DNA of 63,230 nucleotides, counting the filler, from Bipalium vagum (taxonomy: Eukaryota), in the NCBI GenBank assembly GCA_037834085.1. It is 3 parts of 3 records of this genome, joined end to end, with 100 filler letters (N's around TTAATTAATTAA, not from the genome) between each part and the next. Parts side by side here need not be neighbours in the genome. Positions count along the whole stretch, not along the records: positions 1 to 16,496 come from JBBMKC010108412.1; positions 16,597 to 43,502 come from JBBMKC010118761.1; 1 more part is not named here. One strand, written 5' to 3'. The position numbers were made by a program, and so were the translations under genes. Below are positions 14,607 to 26,655 of the stretch, one piece after another. Under the pieces are notes generated by a model that saw only the letters and a list, made by a program, of their open reading frames with translations, searched no databases and had not been told where the DNA came from. Position 1 is the first letter of the stretch, and each line of letters starts with the position of its first letter.

Positions 14607-14680
14607 TCGGATATACCGGGATTCGAACCATGGACCTTCACACGCACATCGACTGCTCTGACCGCTGAGCTACATCCCGA
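14607..14680 (-). ncRNA. tRNA-derived element or tRNA pseudogene (SINE-head-like)
   Basis: Minus strand TCGGGATGTAGCTCAGCGGTCAGAGC...GGTTCGAATCCCGGTATATCCGA has A and B boxes, a bulged acceptor stem and no clean anticodon stem. Confidence 0.7.
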
Positions 14681-15499
14681 CTAATTTTCAATTTATCTCA
14701 CAGTTTCACTTAACACTTTAAATACTATATAAGATGTAGTTGTGAAAACAAGAGTATAACAAAAATATTTCAATTTTTCATATTTAACCATTTTTTTAAA
14801 TAAGAATCTTTTAAATAAAATTTCAATGTACATTAAGTCAAACGTATAAAAAAGATTTTTATTCATTTTCTTAGACTGAAACATGTGTGTTAGATATCTA
14901 TGTTCAATAATTATTTCCTTTCATTTACCTTTGATAATAATAATAATATATAACGAACAGTTTCGATCTTATATCTGCCCAGGAGAAAGAGAAGACTTAA
15001 ATCAGTAATAGAAATTTTACTTGATTGTTTGCGGAAGATCTGAAGTTAATTATTAGAAAGAATTTTTTAATTTGGTAAGCCGATGATGTTATTAATGATG
15101 GATAACCAATCGATCCTGTGGAGCTCAGTTGTCTCTAGATGATCGAAATATACCCAGTTGATAGCACAGGGATCGACTAAATCTCGTACTGGTAAGTGGA
15201 TTTAATTAATTTTTTCTTGTGTGATCTTAATAATTAATATATATTTTATAATTATCCTGTTATGAATTCATTAAATTCAGTAATTTAATCGACCTTTACT
15301 GATTGTGATTATTCACTGTTTCATATTACCTAATTCTTGAGCATTGAACTATTTCATTAACATTGATAGGGCTGTGAACAAGTGTGAAAGATCTTGAATT
15401 AATGTAAAATAAAAATTATTGTTGTTCCAACTGATTTTTTTACACAATCCAATTATATTGTAACTTGCATTATATATTGTTACGCTATTATTTTACTGT

Positions 15500-16204
15500 G
15501 AACACTGTCGTAACACTTAGCTCGCAAAGTTTGCTGGCCCCTTCACTTTTGTCAATATGTGTACGCAAATGAATGAATCAAAACAATTATAAACAACACT
15601 TTATTACTAAAATAACAATAACAAACGCAATGTATCAAATAATCATTAAAATGTCTGCAATCAAATGTTCAATAATCAATCACACTAACAATCAATTGAG
15701 TAATAATAATCAAATAATTAAATGTCAGAATTAAATGTTAATTAATTAAAAAAACAAAGAAAAGAAAGTGAATATATTCTCACCAGTTGTGACGATGACA
15801 GGTCCAAAGGGTGATTTGCAGAGCCAAATCCGATTCGCTGAAAAACCCCTTAACAGCACAGGACCAGTCGTGAGTTCCTGACGCTGAGAGGGAATGAAAA
15901 ATGATTACTAACTGCAAGAAAAATTCTTGACTTCTGACGCAAAATGTTGTAACAACGAAATTTTCTCTCAAAGAATGTTATGGCCATCCACTGTGGATTC
16001 CATCTCTTTATATACTATTCTGGTCAGACGATCAACCAATCGTAGACCAGCTTTATCAATGGGTAATGTTTATTCCCTTTTAGCTCGTTAATTCTAAATC
16101 GGTCCCTCCTTGTGGACCATGATCTAATCTTGGCAATTTAGGTTCGTCATTGTCAAGATAAGATCATTTTATAATAATAATTAATTGCTAATTAATTAAT
16201 AATT
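15500..16204 (-). repeat. Probable solo-LTR-like remnant running into a gap
   Basis: Minus-strand TATA (~16010) and AATAAA (~15600). Its end shares GATCATTTTAT plus an ATT tract with 60595 and similar sequence at 24-100. Confidence 0.3.
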
Positions 16205-18632
16205 NNNNNNNNNNNNNNNNNNNNNNNNNNNNNNNNNNNNNNNNNNNNNNNNNNNNNNNNNNNNNNNNNNNNNNNNNNNNNNNNNNNNNNNNNNNNNNNN
16301 NNNNNNNNNNNNNNNNNNNNNNNNNNNNNNNNNNNNNNNNNNCTAAAATTTATTTATTTCAAAAATCTGCTGTTTCAAAAAAATCAATAATTAAAAAAAT
16401 TTTAATTATTGATTTTACCGAATTATAAAGATTACGTAAAATCTTTATAATTCCTTATATCCCCCTTCAAAGAAATCTCTTCAGCTTTTCCACATTNNNN
16501 NNNNNNNNNNNNNNNNNNNNNNNNNNNNNNNNNNNNNNNNTTAATTAATTAANNNNNNNNNNNNNNNNNNNNNNNNNNNNNNNNNNNNNNNNNNNNTAAC
16601 CTTCTTTTAATTTCATTTAATTCAATGTCAATCTGCTTATAGTCAGATGTTAATGACCAAACTCTGTGTATTAGGCCTTTCATTAAACCAGTTTTATATT
16701 TTTCTTCGCAATAGCTATCATTTAATATATTTGTGTATATATGTATTTTTTCCGCATATGTTACTAATATTTACCTAAAAAACGTATATAATACATTACT
16801 AACGACATCTTTGGTCACGAGGACCAAATGTCAAATTATAGCCGATACAAAGATTTTAGGTGTTTTACGCAGGATAAGACAACCCCGTCGTATTCAGAAG
16901 TTCTAACCAAGACTGTTAGGGGGCATGATGGGCGGTTGTACGAGCTAGTCCCCCTGGAACATGTAGGGAAAATTGTAGGAAATCCAAGGCCAAACCCGAC
17001 CCCTGCTGGTCAAAATAAAGGCGCCCAAATGAAGTTAGGCAACTTGAGAGCCAGATTAAAGAAAAATGGAGGATAAAGGAGCATAGCTATAAGGGCCCCA
17101 GCCTTACCATCGAGGCCACCAACGGGGATAGGATTGTAACGACGTCGGGAGAAGAGGGATGGACCGTCGTCAAGAAGAAATTCTGGCAGAAGAAACCGCC
17201 AGTCCAATATCCTGCAAATAACTACCGACAAAACAAGAAAAACCAGCCAATTATAAACAAGAAAAAAGACCAACCATCAACTGATAAAATTGAACAACCA
17301 TCCAATACGAAACATCAACAACCATTGCCTAACGTGACAAATTCTGAACAACAAATCGACGAAACCCGTGGAAAATCAACGGTGAATCCAACTCACAAGC
17401 CGAACAACTCAAAAACGGCGCCAAATTACAACCTGCCACGATATACCAGCCAAAACTGTCCAAGACCCGACCTGATAAGCCAAAGAAGATGGATTTTTTC
17501 CGGATGGCGGCCTCATCTTGGCAGGGACTCTCATATGTATCGGGCCACCTACCGAAAAATTACCGTAAATCGAAGAAATATGCCCCTGCTAATCGATTAT
17601 CGATACAATCCAGATATGGAACCTGGTAAAGTGGTGGGATTTGGCTTCACCCCACCTTCGAAACAACCTCAAATGCAAAACACACCACCAGGCCCACAGC
17701 CAAACATTGAACACGGCCACATGCCACAACAAAGAGGCCCACAGCCACACATCCCAGAAACACTGACTACACCAAACACCGACGCCAATCTACAAATGAA
17801 CCTCTGCCATCACCACCACTTGAGGCTAGAGAAACCGAGGACGTTATCATGGTCGAAGAAATCTTACCGACACCCGAAGAGGATGAGGATGATATTATCC
17901 CACCACCACCGGCATTTCGATCCACCATTGCTACCCAGACCAGCATTGAAACGAGGGAGTTTGGCACCCAAACTAGCGATATAGCAAACACGGAAATCTC
18001 GCCAATTGTCCCTGGAAAGCCGATAAAAAGACGAAAAACCTTTTTTAACCGCACTAACCCAGAGGAGTCTGACGATAACATCTCCGTCATCTCTGTCACC
18101 TCCTCGCGCATGTACACCGCCAGTGCTAGGCCACTAATAGCTGAAATAAGAGCGATTTCAGCCCCACAGATCCAAATTTCAATGCCAGATGTGTGCGACG
18201 CAAATCAACACTGGGACACTCTCCTCAGATAACAATGACTCCGAAGTTGAAGGCCCAACACTCACAACCGAAGAATTAAGCATACTGGAATCCTGCAAAG
18301 CCACCGTGAACCTTGATGTGATCAACTTCTTTGCAGGAGCCCCAACTCAAGACAACAGCATTGCCACCATTGAGTTCCTAACGAAGATGACCTGTAATAT
18401 TTGTCAAAAAGGTGGACTCACAATGACCCAATTCAAACAAATTGGACTCGATAAACATCATAAACAGATCCACAAAATCAATATCACGAAGGACAGCAGA
18501 TACAGATGTTTCTGTGGAATTTCAATCGCAAGAAATTTAATACAACAGCATCTCGAATCTCACACCCAACCAACTACTGAAAATACCACAAACATTACGG
18601 ACATCCCCCTTACATCTTCTGACAAGGAGTCC

Positions 18633-18652
18633 AGCTGACTAGGCAGCCACCA
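18633..18652 (+). promoter_or_regulatory. Putative UGA-CUAG stop-codon readthrough signal (copy A)
   Basis: AGC TGA CTA GGC AGC CAC CA. The frame continues as LGSHHIEEYL (Ulp1 'WL...I..YL'). Confidence 0.7.
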
Positions 18653-19499
18653 TATCGAGGAGTACCTGCGATCGAAAATCCAAGACTCAAACACCATATT
18701 CATAAAGCCCGGACCAGCCATCGCCCTTTCCCAGGGGAAAATCGAATCAACAAAATGGGACTGTGGCAAAAAATCATTTGGCCCATCCATTGAAAGTCCA
18801 ACCACTGGATGGTCTTCCTAGCCGATCGCGATTTTGGCAAATCACTACTCCTCGATCCAGCCTCTCTCACGCTTGACGACAACCAACTTAACCTATTTAA
18901 CCTACTCAATACCGTGATCAATAAAGTATGCTGTCCTCTAGACCCTTCACCAATTGAACCAACTGTCCCTCTACCATTGCAAGGACCTGGCTTTGACTGT
19001 GGATACTATATCGTCCAATATGCAGTGGACTTTACAACAACACGCAGAACTTCACCGCTCCAGATATTGACACAATTAAATCTGAAATCACGAAAATTGT
19101 TGGATACCAGATCAAAGAAGCCTAATAGCAAAACAACTGGACGACAGACCCATTAGCTATTGAAAGAAGCCATACTTCTTCTCACAGACTCCTCGGCCAA
19201 CACAACTGATATACTTAATCGTGCGCAGCAGGCAACAGCAGACCTATTTCCCTCCAGATTCTCAAACAACAAAAAGAAAACGCCGGCCCACCAGGAAATA
19301 GCAAATAACAACAAGTCTGCATATAGCCTGAGACAATATTATGAGAAAAATCCAAAGGATGCCTTCAATTCGATCCTCCCAAATAGCCGTCCTTCATCAT
19401 TTCCAACAATTGATGATATTATCAAACACTTTTCAACGACACTCCTCCGCCAATTGCCAGAGACTTACTCATTAACATCCCATCATATCCAACCAGCTC

Positions 19500-21032
19500 T
19501 TTACTTAACCCAATCAGCCCATCTGAAATCATTGCTGCCATCAAATCAACATCAAAATCTGCCCTAGGCTCCGATGGCATAACATATGAGGACTGGCAGA
19601 ACATCGACCCAGAAGCAGAATTTCTCACGGCCTTTTTCAATTATATCATCATCACTAAAAACATTCCAACACAATGGCAAACCTTTAAAACGACGCTCAT
19701 ACTAAAACCAAGCAAAGATGCATTCTCCCATATGATGCCATCTTGGAGACCAATCGCAGTGCTCAACACCAGTTACCGAATCTTTGCCCTAATTATCAAC
19801 AACAGAATCCTGGACTGGGCCAAAACCGGCCCAGTAGAAACGAAAAAGCATTATTTTCAGACAATGGCTGCTCTGAATATAATGCAATCATCAACGGGAC
19901 TGTTGAATATGCGAAATTCAACAAATAAGAGTTTCATACATGCTTCATGGACATCGCAGAAGCATTTCCATCAATTCCGCACCAATTAAATTGGGAAACT
20001 CTTCGCAAATCTGGACTACCAACAACGGACACTGATTTCATTAAAACAATATACCAACATAACTCTACACATTTTCAATGTCACCATATAACAACGCCGA
20101 CCATTAACATCAATAAAGGTGTCAAACAGGGCTGTCCACTCTCCATGACACTCTTTTGCCTCTGCATCAACTTCCAAATTCGCGCTATGGAGGGAATCAG
20201 CCCAAAACTAAAGATCTTTGACACTGATCTCTCATGCCTTGCGATAGCTGATGATCTTGTCATTTTGGCACCTACTTTCAACGATCTCCAGAACCACCTT
20301 AATATCCTAACACAACTGACGAATGCAATCCATCTAAAGTTCCACCCACACAAATGCCGTTATATCAGCATAAACTCCAACCAATCCAACCAACTCCAGA
20401 TCTATGAAGAATCCCTACCAACTGTCGACTCTGATCACATATATACGTATCTTGGCGTAGTCCATGGGGCGGATCTACGTACTGATACGGACAAAATCCT
20501 GAAGAAAAATACAGAGGACTTTAAATATATTATTAACTCCGACTTACATCCGGCACAAATGATACACGCCTATAAATCTTTTATCCACTCTAGACTACCT
20601 TTCCACCTGGAGAATAGAGTGGTGGATACTCTCACACTCACATCACCTCATGCTAGGCAATCTAGTAGTAGAGAAAAATCCCTCGGATACGATGAGATCC
20701 TGCGGCACATGATCAGAAACATCACTGACTCTCATCGTCTCCAAAGTACATACATCTACGCACCTACAGCTCTCGGAGGACTCCAAATAACAACAGCTTA
20801 CGACGATTATCACATCTGCAGTATCGTCCAAGCACTCCGACTCCTCACTAGCACCGACAACGCTCTAAGGAACTTTGTGAAAAACCACCTTCAACACACC
20901 ATCCACATCCGCAAAGAAACTGACTCCACCGAAATATCTATCAATGAACGGATGCTCATCTGGCTGAGCGATCGATTAATCATCAAGTCTCAACCTGGTG
21001 GTCAAAAGTCAGAAAAAGCTGTAGGAATCTGA
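19500..21032 (+). pseudogene. Reverse transcriptase domain of copy A (frameshifted)
   Basis: Motifs GSDGITY, SWRPIAVLNTSYRIF, DIAEAFPSIPH, GVKQGCPLSMTLF, AIADDL, HKC, YTYLG and LGGL. Confidence 0.93.
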
Positions 21033-21163
21033 GAAAATTGAAGATAGACTGTGATTTCTTCAATCACAATGGATAAATCCACCTCAAAATCGTATACCAA
21101 ACCTCAGACACTAAAACGACTTCTCAAATTTTCAAAAGAGAAAATATTCTTGAAACTACCGGA

Positions 21164-21955
21164 ATGTTACATGAAGCAGTAGCGATGGCCTATTATCGCG
21201 AATGGAAATCTCACAAGTCCCAGGAGTTGTTGGTACCAGTATTCGCACTGAGTATCAAATCCAACTTGATCCTCAACAAATTCCATCTTCCTCCATACAT
21301 CTGGAAATGGCTGTTGAAAGCCAGAAATAACAACCTGGGACTAAATTATCGAACCTTCAATCTGGTCAAATCTGCAAATATTCTCTGTAGGCACTGTAGA
21401 ACATTTCCAGAATCCCAGGCGCATGTCCTGAATCATTGCGCCTTGAGACCATTCATGCCCACCATCAAGCATAATGCCGTTCTCAACAAACTTGTCAGCC
21501 TTTTAAGAAAATATGGCTACGACGTAGATGTGGACGTTGTACCCAAAGAATCCGATTCCAACCTCAGACCAGATATCTTCATCAGACTGCCAAAAGAAAA
21601 GAAAATTCATATAATTGACGTAAAGGTTCCATACGATTCCGCTGAAAACTTCCAAAACTGCAGACACAGCAATGCCGCTAAATACCAACCAATGGTAACG
21701 GAAATCAGTGCCAAAACAAGATTAGAAATATCGTTGGACGTCATCAACGTGGGATCTCTTGGTTCGTGGAACCCAGCCAACGACCTTGCACTCACGAAAA
21801 TAGGCCTCAGCAAGGATCAAATCCAACAGACAGCCCACCAATGTCTCGTTGCAGCAGTCACCGAATCCTATCACTCCTTCCTGGTATATGTCACTGCCCC
21901 ACCAGGCTCTACTATTGTCCATCATCAGCCAACAACAACATCACACACCAAATAA
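21164..21955 (+). CDS. CCHC knuckle plus restriction-like endonuclease (RLE) of copy A
   Basis: CRHC..ESQAHVLNHC, KHNAVL, LRPDI...IIDVKVPY...AKY, and VGSLGSW. Confidence 0.93.
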   Translation: MLHEAVAMAYYREWKSHKSQELLVPVFALSIKSNLILNKFHLPPYIWKWLLKARNNNLGLNYRTFNLVKSANILCRHCRTFPESQAHVLNHCALRPFMPTIKHNAVLNKLVSLLRKYGYDVDVDVVPKESDSNLRPDIFIRLPKEKKIHIIDVKVPYDSAENFQNCRHSNAAKYQPMVTEISAKTRLEISLDVINVGSLGSWNPANDLALTKIGLSKDQIQQTAHQCLVAAVTESYHSFLVYVTAPPGSTIVHHQPTTTSHTK

Positions 21956-22792
21956 CCCGTCTCCGTGTTGTGATGTGTTTTTGAGAGTATTCATATTATC
22001 TTATTGTAATTTTATCTTTATTATAATCCTCTATATTTCATTATTATAATGCCCCATTTATTATACCTTGTATATATCCATCCGTGTACATGTGGTTTTT
22101 CCCATTACACCATGTATATATTTATACATCCAAAATCCATTAAAATCATACTATTTTTACTAATTAATTCCGCAAGTGCATCTGATCCTATCTCTTTTAC
22201 TGATAGGTTTGCCTTGCCTGCATTATGTATATATAAAAAATTGTAATTAATTTTATATAGTGTAAATTTCTGTAAATTATTCTCGACTGTGTATATTCTT
22301 TTTTTAACGATTTGGGTGAACTTTCCCTTATATAACTTTTTAACTTGTAAAAAATCCAGAAATGTCACTCAAAATCCCATTGTATTTATTTTAAATAAAA
22401 AAGAAATTCGCGGTTGTTCCACCGGAATATTCTTTAAATGCCATTATAGTGCCCTTTTTATGTATGGTGTATATTTTTGTATGCTTGCTTTTGAAACTTT
22501 TGTTTGAGTGTGGGGGTTGTCTGAGTTATGCTACTCCAGCCTTCAGCTGTCGTGTTGACACGTTCCAAAATTATTTAATTTATAACGGTTGTTGAGGGAT
22601 CAGCTGAAACTGATACTCACTCCCCGTCCCAGAGTGATTATCTTGCATTTACTTTGTTTAGATTTCACCCTTGGCCCGGAGAGAGGACGGAAGATACGGT
22701 TTTTCTAGAATATGGACTTCAATTTGACATGGGATGCTCTGCACCGTGTTTGTAATGTCATAAAATTGAATAAAATTTTTCAAAACCAAAAA

Positions 22793-22818
22793 CCGCTCTT
22801 CTCAGTGGATACACCGAT
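22793..22818 (+). ncRNA. U2: Degenerate U2 snRNA fragment (nt ~41 onward) at the 3' junction of copy A
   Basis: CCGCTCTTCTCAGTGGAT follows the same AATTTTT-AAAACCAAAA element end that precedes the better U2 match at 25291. Confidence 0.55.
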
Positions 22819-23369
22819 CAATTCCGAACCGAAATGAACTTCGATCTTCGAAATCGCTCCGAAGACTCCCGAACAACGTGTGCATGGAAACAGTCCTCTT
22901 TAGGACTAATTTCGATTGTTGAACAAAAAATGGGTGCTGTGGTCTGTCCTCTGATGACTGGAAGTTTACGCAGTACTAAATCTGGTACAGTTTCTCATTT
23001 TCTATCGGATGAAACTGTTTCCAGATTTTCTCGCAAGAGGTTCGCCGCCGTGGATGGGTGCCAAGATGGCGCCAAACTACCGAAATTGATGTCAGAGACT
23101 TCGACTCCGACAATGCTGTGCCAGGTACCATTGGGTGCCTTTCCCAAAGCTGGTCGAATCGATACGCTAAAGACTCCAATCCGGCGAGAACCAAAGTCCC
23201 TGGAAGACTTTAAACTCCTCAGACAATTCAACCGCATTTCCATATGCGGAAATTCGGACACTTCCAATGGCGACAAAACATTGAATTCGACTCCGACCAC
23301 GAAAAATGTCACAGCACTTTGTAGATCTCGCCTAGATCTTTCAAATGCTGTTACGGAATCTGGATAATG

Positions 23370-25290
23370 CACCTTCTGAACAACGAATGGACAAAGAGCA
23401 AGAAAAATCTATATCACCAAAACAACAACCAACCAATCCAAAGCCAAATCAAAGTCCAAAACCATCCCACAAGCCGGACAATCGTAAATATGCTCCGAAC
23501 TACAACGTACCAAAATACACCAAGGCGAATTGTCCCAGACCGGACCTCATTGGTCAAGAAAGATTTATTTTCGCAGGATGGCCACCTCTCAATGGGCAAA
23601 ATTCGAGCATGTTCAGAGCCACATATAGAAAAATTTCAGTCAACAAGAAAAACATGCCACTCCTAATCGACTACCGATACAATCCGGACATGGAGAAACG
23701 AAAAATAATTGAATTTGGCTTCGCACCGCCCAAAACAACCATCGTGAATTCAAACAAGAAACAACCTGAAAACCAACCAATCTCAAACTCGGTCACCGTT
23801 CCAGAACCTCTATCGCAACAATTACTACCACCACAGCCAATGGAGGTTGATCTGGAGCCATTTCCGCTTCCACCTGAACAGCAAGACGACATCATCATTA
23901 TTGAAGACTCCACGACAGCACCAGAAGAAAAAGATGATGACGATATAATTCCTCCTCCGCCAGCATTTAGATCCACCATTGTTACCCAGACCAGCATTGA
24001 AACGAGAGAAATTGGCACACAAACTGATGAAGACAAAAACACGGAAATCTCGCCAATAACCCATCGAAAACCTATAAAAAGAAGAAAGACTTTCTTCAAT
24101 CGCACCAACCCGGAAGAATCAGAAGATAATATCTCCGTCATTTCCATCGCCTCATCCAGATTATCAACCGACAGTGCGAGGCCCCTAATGATGGAAATTA
24201 GATCCATGCCACTTCCACCGGCTCTTCCACAATATCAACCTGAAGCTAACACCGACTATGACTTCACCTCAATAAATGACAATGATATCGAGCTAGGCAT
24301 TCCAAGACCATCCACCGAGCTACCAGAATCCTGCAACACCACCATCAACCTAGATACAATAAATTTCTTTGCTGGCGCACTGGATAACACTCAAGATGAA
24401 ACCCTTGCAACATTCACCTCAATCGATCGAATCGCCTGCAATGTATGCAAAAAAGTTTTTTTCTCACGTGTAAATAATTGACCGTTGATAGTCTGGAAAA
24501 AAAAACCGACTATCAACTTGTATATATTACCACTTTTAATTCTATTGTACAAATCTTGGTTGTACACTCCATTCCTCACTTATACATTTTCCTTACTGTT
24601 TTTCTTTCCTCTGTATAAAAAATCAAACTCCCTATAGTTTTATATCGTCTTTCCTGGTATAAAACCCTAGGACCATCTAAAATCAAATCTCCTTTAAATT
24701 GTTTATATAGTTTCAATATCACCTTTTGTACATTTTTATATATTGTATTTATTGTATATATTCTTCCTTTTTAACACTTTGGGACCACACTACAAATATT
24801 AATCTCATCCAACAACCTTCAATTTTCAAACCTAAAGCCACTCAAAATCACTTTTTCACACCATTAAACTTAGTAACCTTAAAGATGTTTCACTGAAGGT
24901 TTACTAATAAGACCTAGTGCGCTTTTTATTGGGTTGTATTTGTACATTTTTATCCATCCGTATTATGATTGATGCCTTGTGTACTACGCGTCTCATAATA
25001 TCAAATGTTACTGTCGTGTTTTCACCCCGTTTCTAAAATCACCACCAACTTTACACATGAAACCAGTACTCTCTCTGCCGATAGTAAGCAACAATGTGCT
25101 TTGTCCTAGAGCCTTATAAATATGAATTTATTCAATTTAGACGGACTTCTGTGGACCTGCCTTTGCCTTGGGATTTGACGAGTGGAACAGTCAAAATGTT
25201 GCAGAAAATTGTGTATATAACTTGTGTAATATGCCTCTGGCATCTTTGTACTGCGTGTTATATTCTAAATACAATTTTTGAAAACCAAAA
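23370..25290 (+). mobile_element. Utopia-like copy B: N-terminal ORF part joined to a 3' UTR (internal deletion)
   Basis: ORF 23345-24481 is homologous to copies A/C/D/E and stops at the first finger (CNVC). 24900-25290 shares TAGTGC..TTTTAT, CTGTCGTGTT, GGACTTC and AATTTTT-AAAACCAAAA with the 3' UTR of A. Confidence 0.85.
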
Positions 25291-25318
25291 CTGTTCTTCT
25301 CAGTTTAATCTCTGGGAC
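25291..25318 (+). ncRNA. U2: U2 snRNA fragment (3' of the branch-point recognition sequence, stem IIa) at an element 3' junction
   Basis: CTGTTCTTCTCAGTTTAATCTCTGGGAC versus canonical U2 CTGTTCTTATCAGTTTAATATCTGATAC. The changes keep stem IIa pairing (TCTCAG/CTGGGA). Confidence 0.85.
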
Positions 25319-25437
25319 AAAGCACAAAAAAGAAAAGTCTTGGGCGTCCGTCTACTACAGGTCGTCTTAGCCGCGAAATCAGTGGCCCTCCGGGGGTTAA
25401 AGTATCGGGTCGTAGGGGCCAGTTCTCAGCGGAAGTG

Positions 25438-26100
25438 TAGCTATGATCAAAAAAAGGTAAAATGATCAAAATGTGGTAAAACTATTCGTTATGTCAGCAT
25501 TTTGCCCTTTCTACGCTTAGTGAAGGGTCACCCCTCGATATCTCCTGCTGCTCGGCGACTCCCGACCGACCTACCATGTTTGACCGACAATCCTATGATC
25601 CTGTGGCACAGCCTGCTGAAGGTCTCTGATGTCCTGGACGCATTGGATGCCCTATGGACCCCGCCTAGGGCCAGAGGTGACATTTATCCAAATTTTTGCA
25701 ACTTTATTACTATTGACATTGATGGTGACCTTTTAATTGTAAATATTTATATGTTAACCACTTTTGTGTATTTGAATGTTGTATTTCCTTCCCCTAAACT
25801 CGGCCCTTCTGGCCAAAATTTCCACTTTTATCTATATTATACGGTATATAAGGCTCACTACCAAAATTCTGCCCATATTTTTACTCCACTGCCTACATCA
25901 CCCGTTTCTTGACCGCTCTCCCTTCTTCTGCATCCTTCTAAAATATCACCTTCCATCTCTCTGTCCTTTTCCTATTCTAAATACCAATGTATAAGAGTCT
26001 TTTTCGCCCTTAAAAATCTAAAAATTTATATATATTATTTTCTTTATGTAATTTTTTACCAAAATAAAAAGTCTCAGATCCCGGCCCAAATTTGTACAAT
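25438..26100 (+). mobile_element. U2 5' fragment followed by the 5' end of a Utopia-like copy
   Basis: TAGCTATGATCAAAA at 25438. ORF 25502-25912 aligns with 42601-43293 (WHSL..V...LDAL.ALWT.PRA.GD; PS.KLGP.GQN). Confidence 0.75.
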
Positions 26101-26244
26101 TATAAAAAATATTTAAAATTCTGATTACTATGGTACAAAAATTATTAAAATCCATGGCCGACGTCAAAAGATATGAGGCTTTTAATTTTCGAATATTTAC
26201 TAATTATAATCTAAATAACTCTAAGATTATACTTATTTCTTACG

Positions 26245-26655
26245 TCTCGTGAATTTATCCCCACCTGGTTTCCGCAGTCTTCGGCCCCTTCTCCTTCATC
26301 TGTAACCCGGCCTTCCACGCCTGTTAATCCTTTTCCTACTCCCTGTAAGAAACATGTATCCTTTAAGGAGTTTGTCCTGAAAGGCCCTGGGAAGAGCAAC
26401 TCTCCTGTTGCGCCACGACCCTCGGAACCAACAAGAACACCACAACCGAAGGGTCCGAGTCCAATAACTGGAAAACGGATTTTACCAGTTCATGACAAAG
26501 TACAACGGTCAATGGAACAGGAGAGGGCCCTCCCTGCTGAGGACTATTTAGCAAAATTTGCCCTCAGCCCTCCTAGGAGATGAGTGAAACGTCTCCACCC
26601 TAATGACATTGCCTTAACCGCAAATCCTGGCCGCATTGTTTGCAAAGGCTTTACA
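26245..26655 (+). repeat. ~410-bp near-identical duplicate of 38430-38840
   Basis: Direct alignment shows only scattered substitutions. Confidence 0.95.

Larger units (their letters stand above)
16620..22792 (+). mobile_element. Utopia/NeSL-like RLE non-LTR retrotransposon, copy A (most complete 3' half; decayed)
   Basis: Order: N-terminal conserved block, two C2H2 fingers (CNIC..H..H; CFC..H..H), TGA-CTAG, Ulp1 protease (NHW, LLDP, QGPGFDCG), RT, CCHC plus RLE, ~830-bp 3' UTR, then a U2 fragment. Multiple frameshifts. Confidence 0.92.

Noticed and set aside
16498-16596. TTAATTAATTAA inside N runs (also 43503-43602)
   Set aside because: A scaffolding linker with stops in all frames; an assembly artefact.
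18636-18793. UGA=Trp genetic code as the explanation for the in-frame TGAs
   Set aside because: Other conserved Trp codons in the element and host genes are TGG. The TGA at 18791 is specific to copy A, so it is decay.
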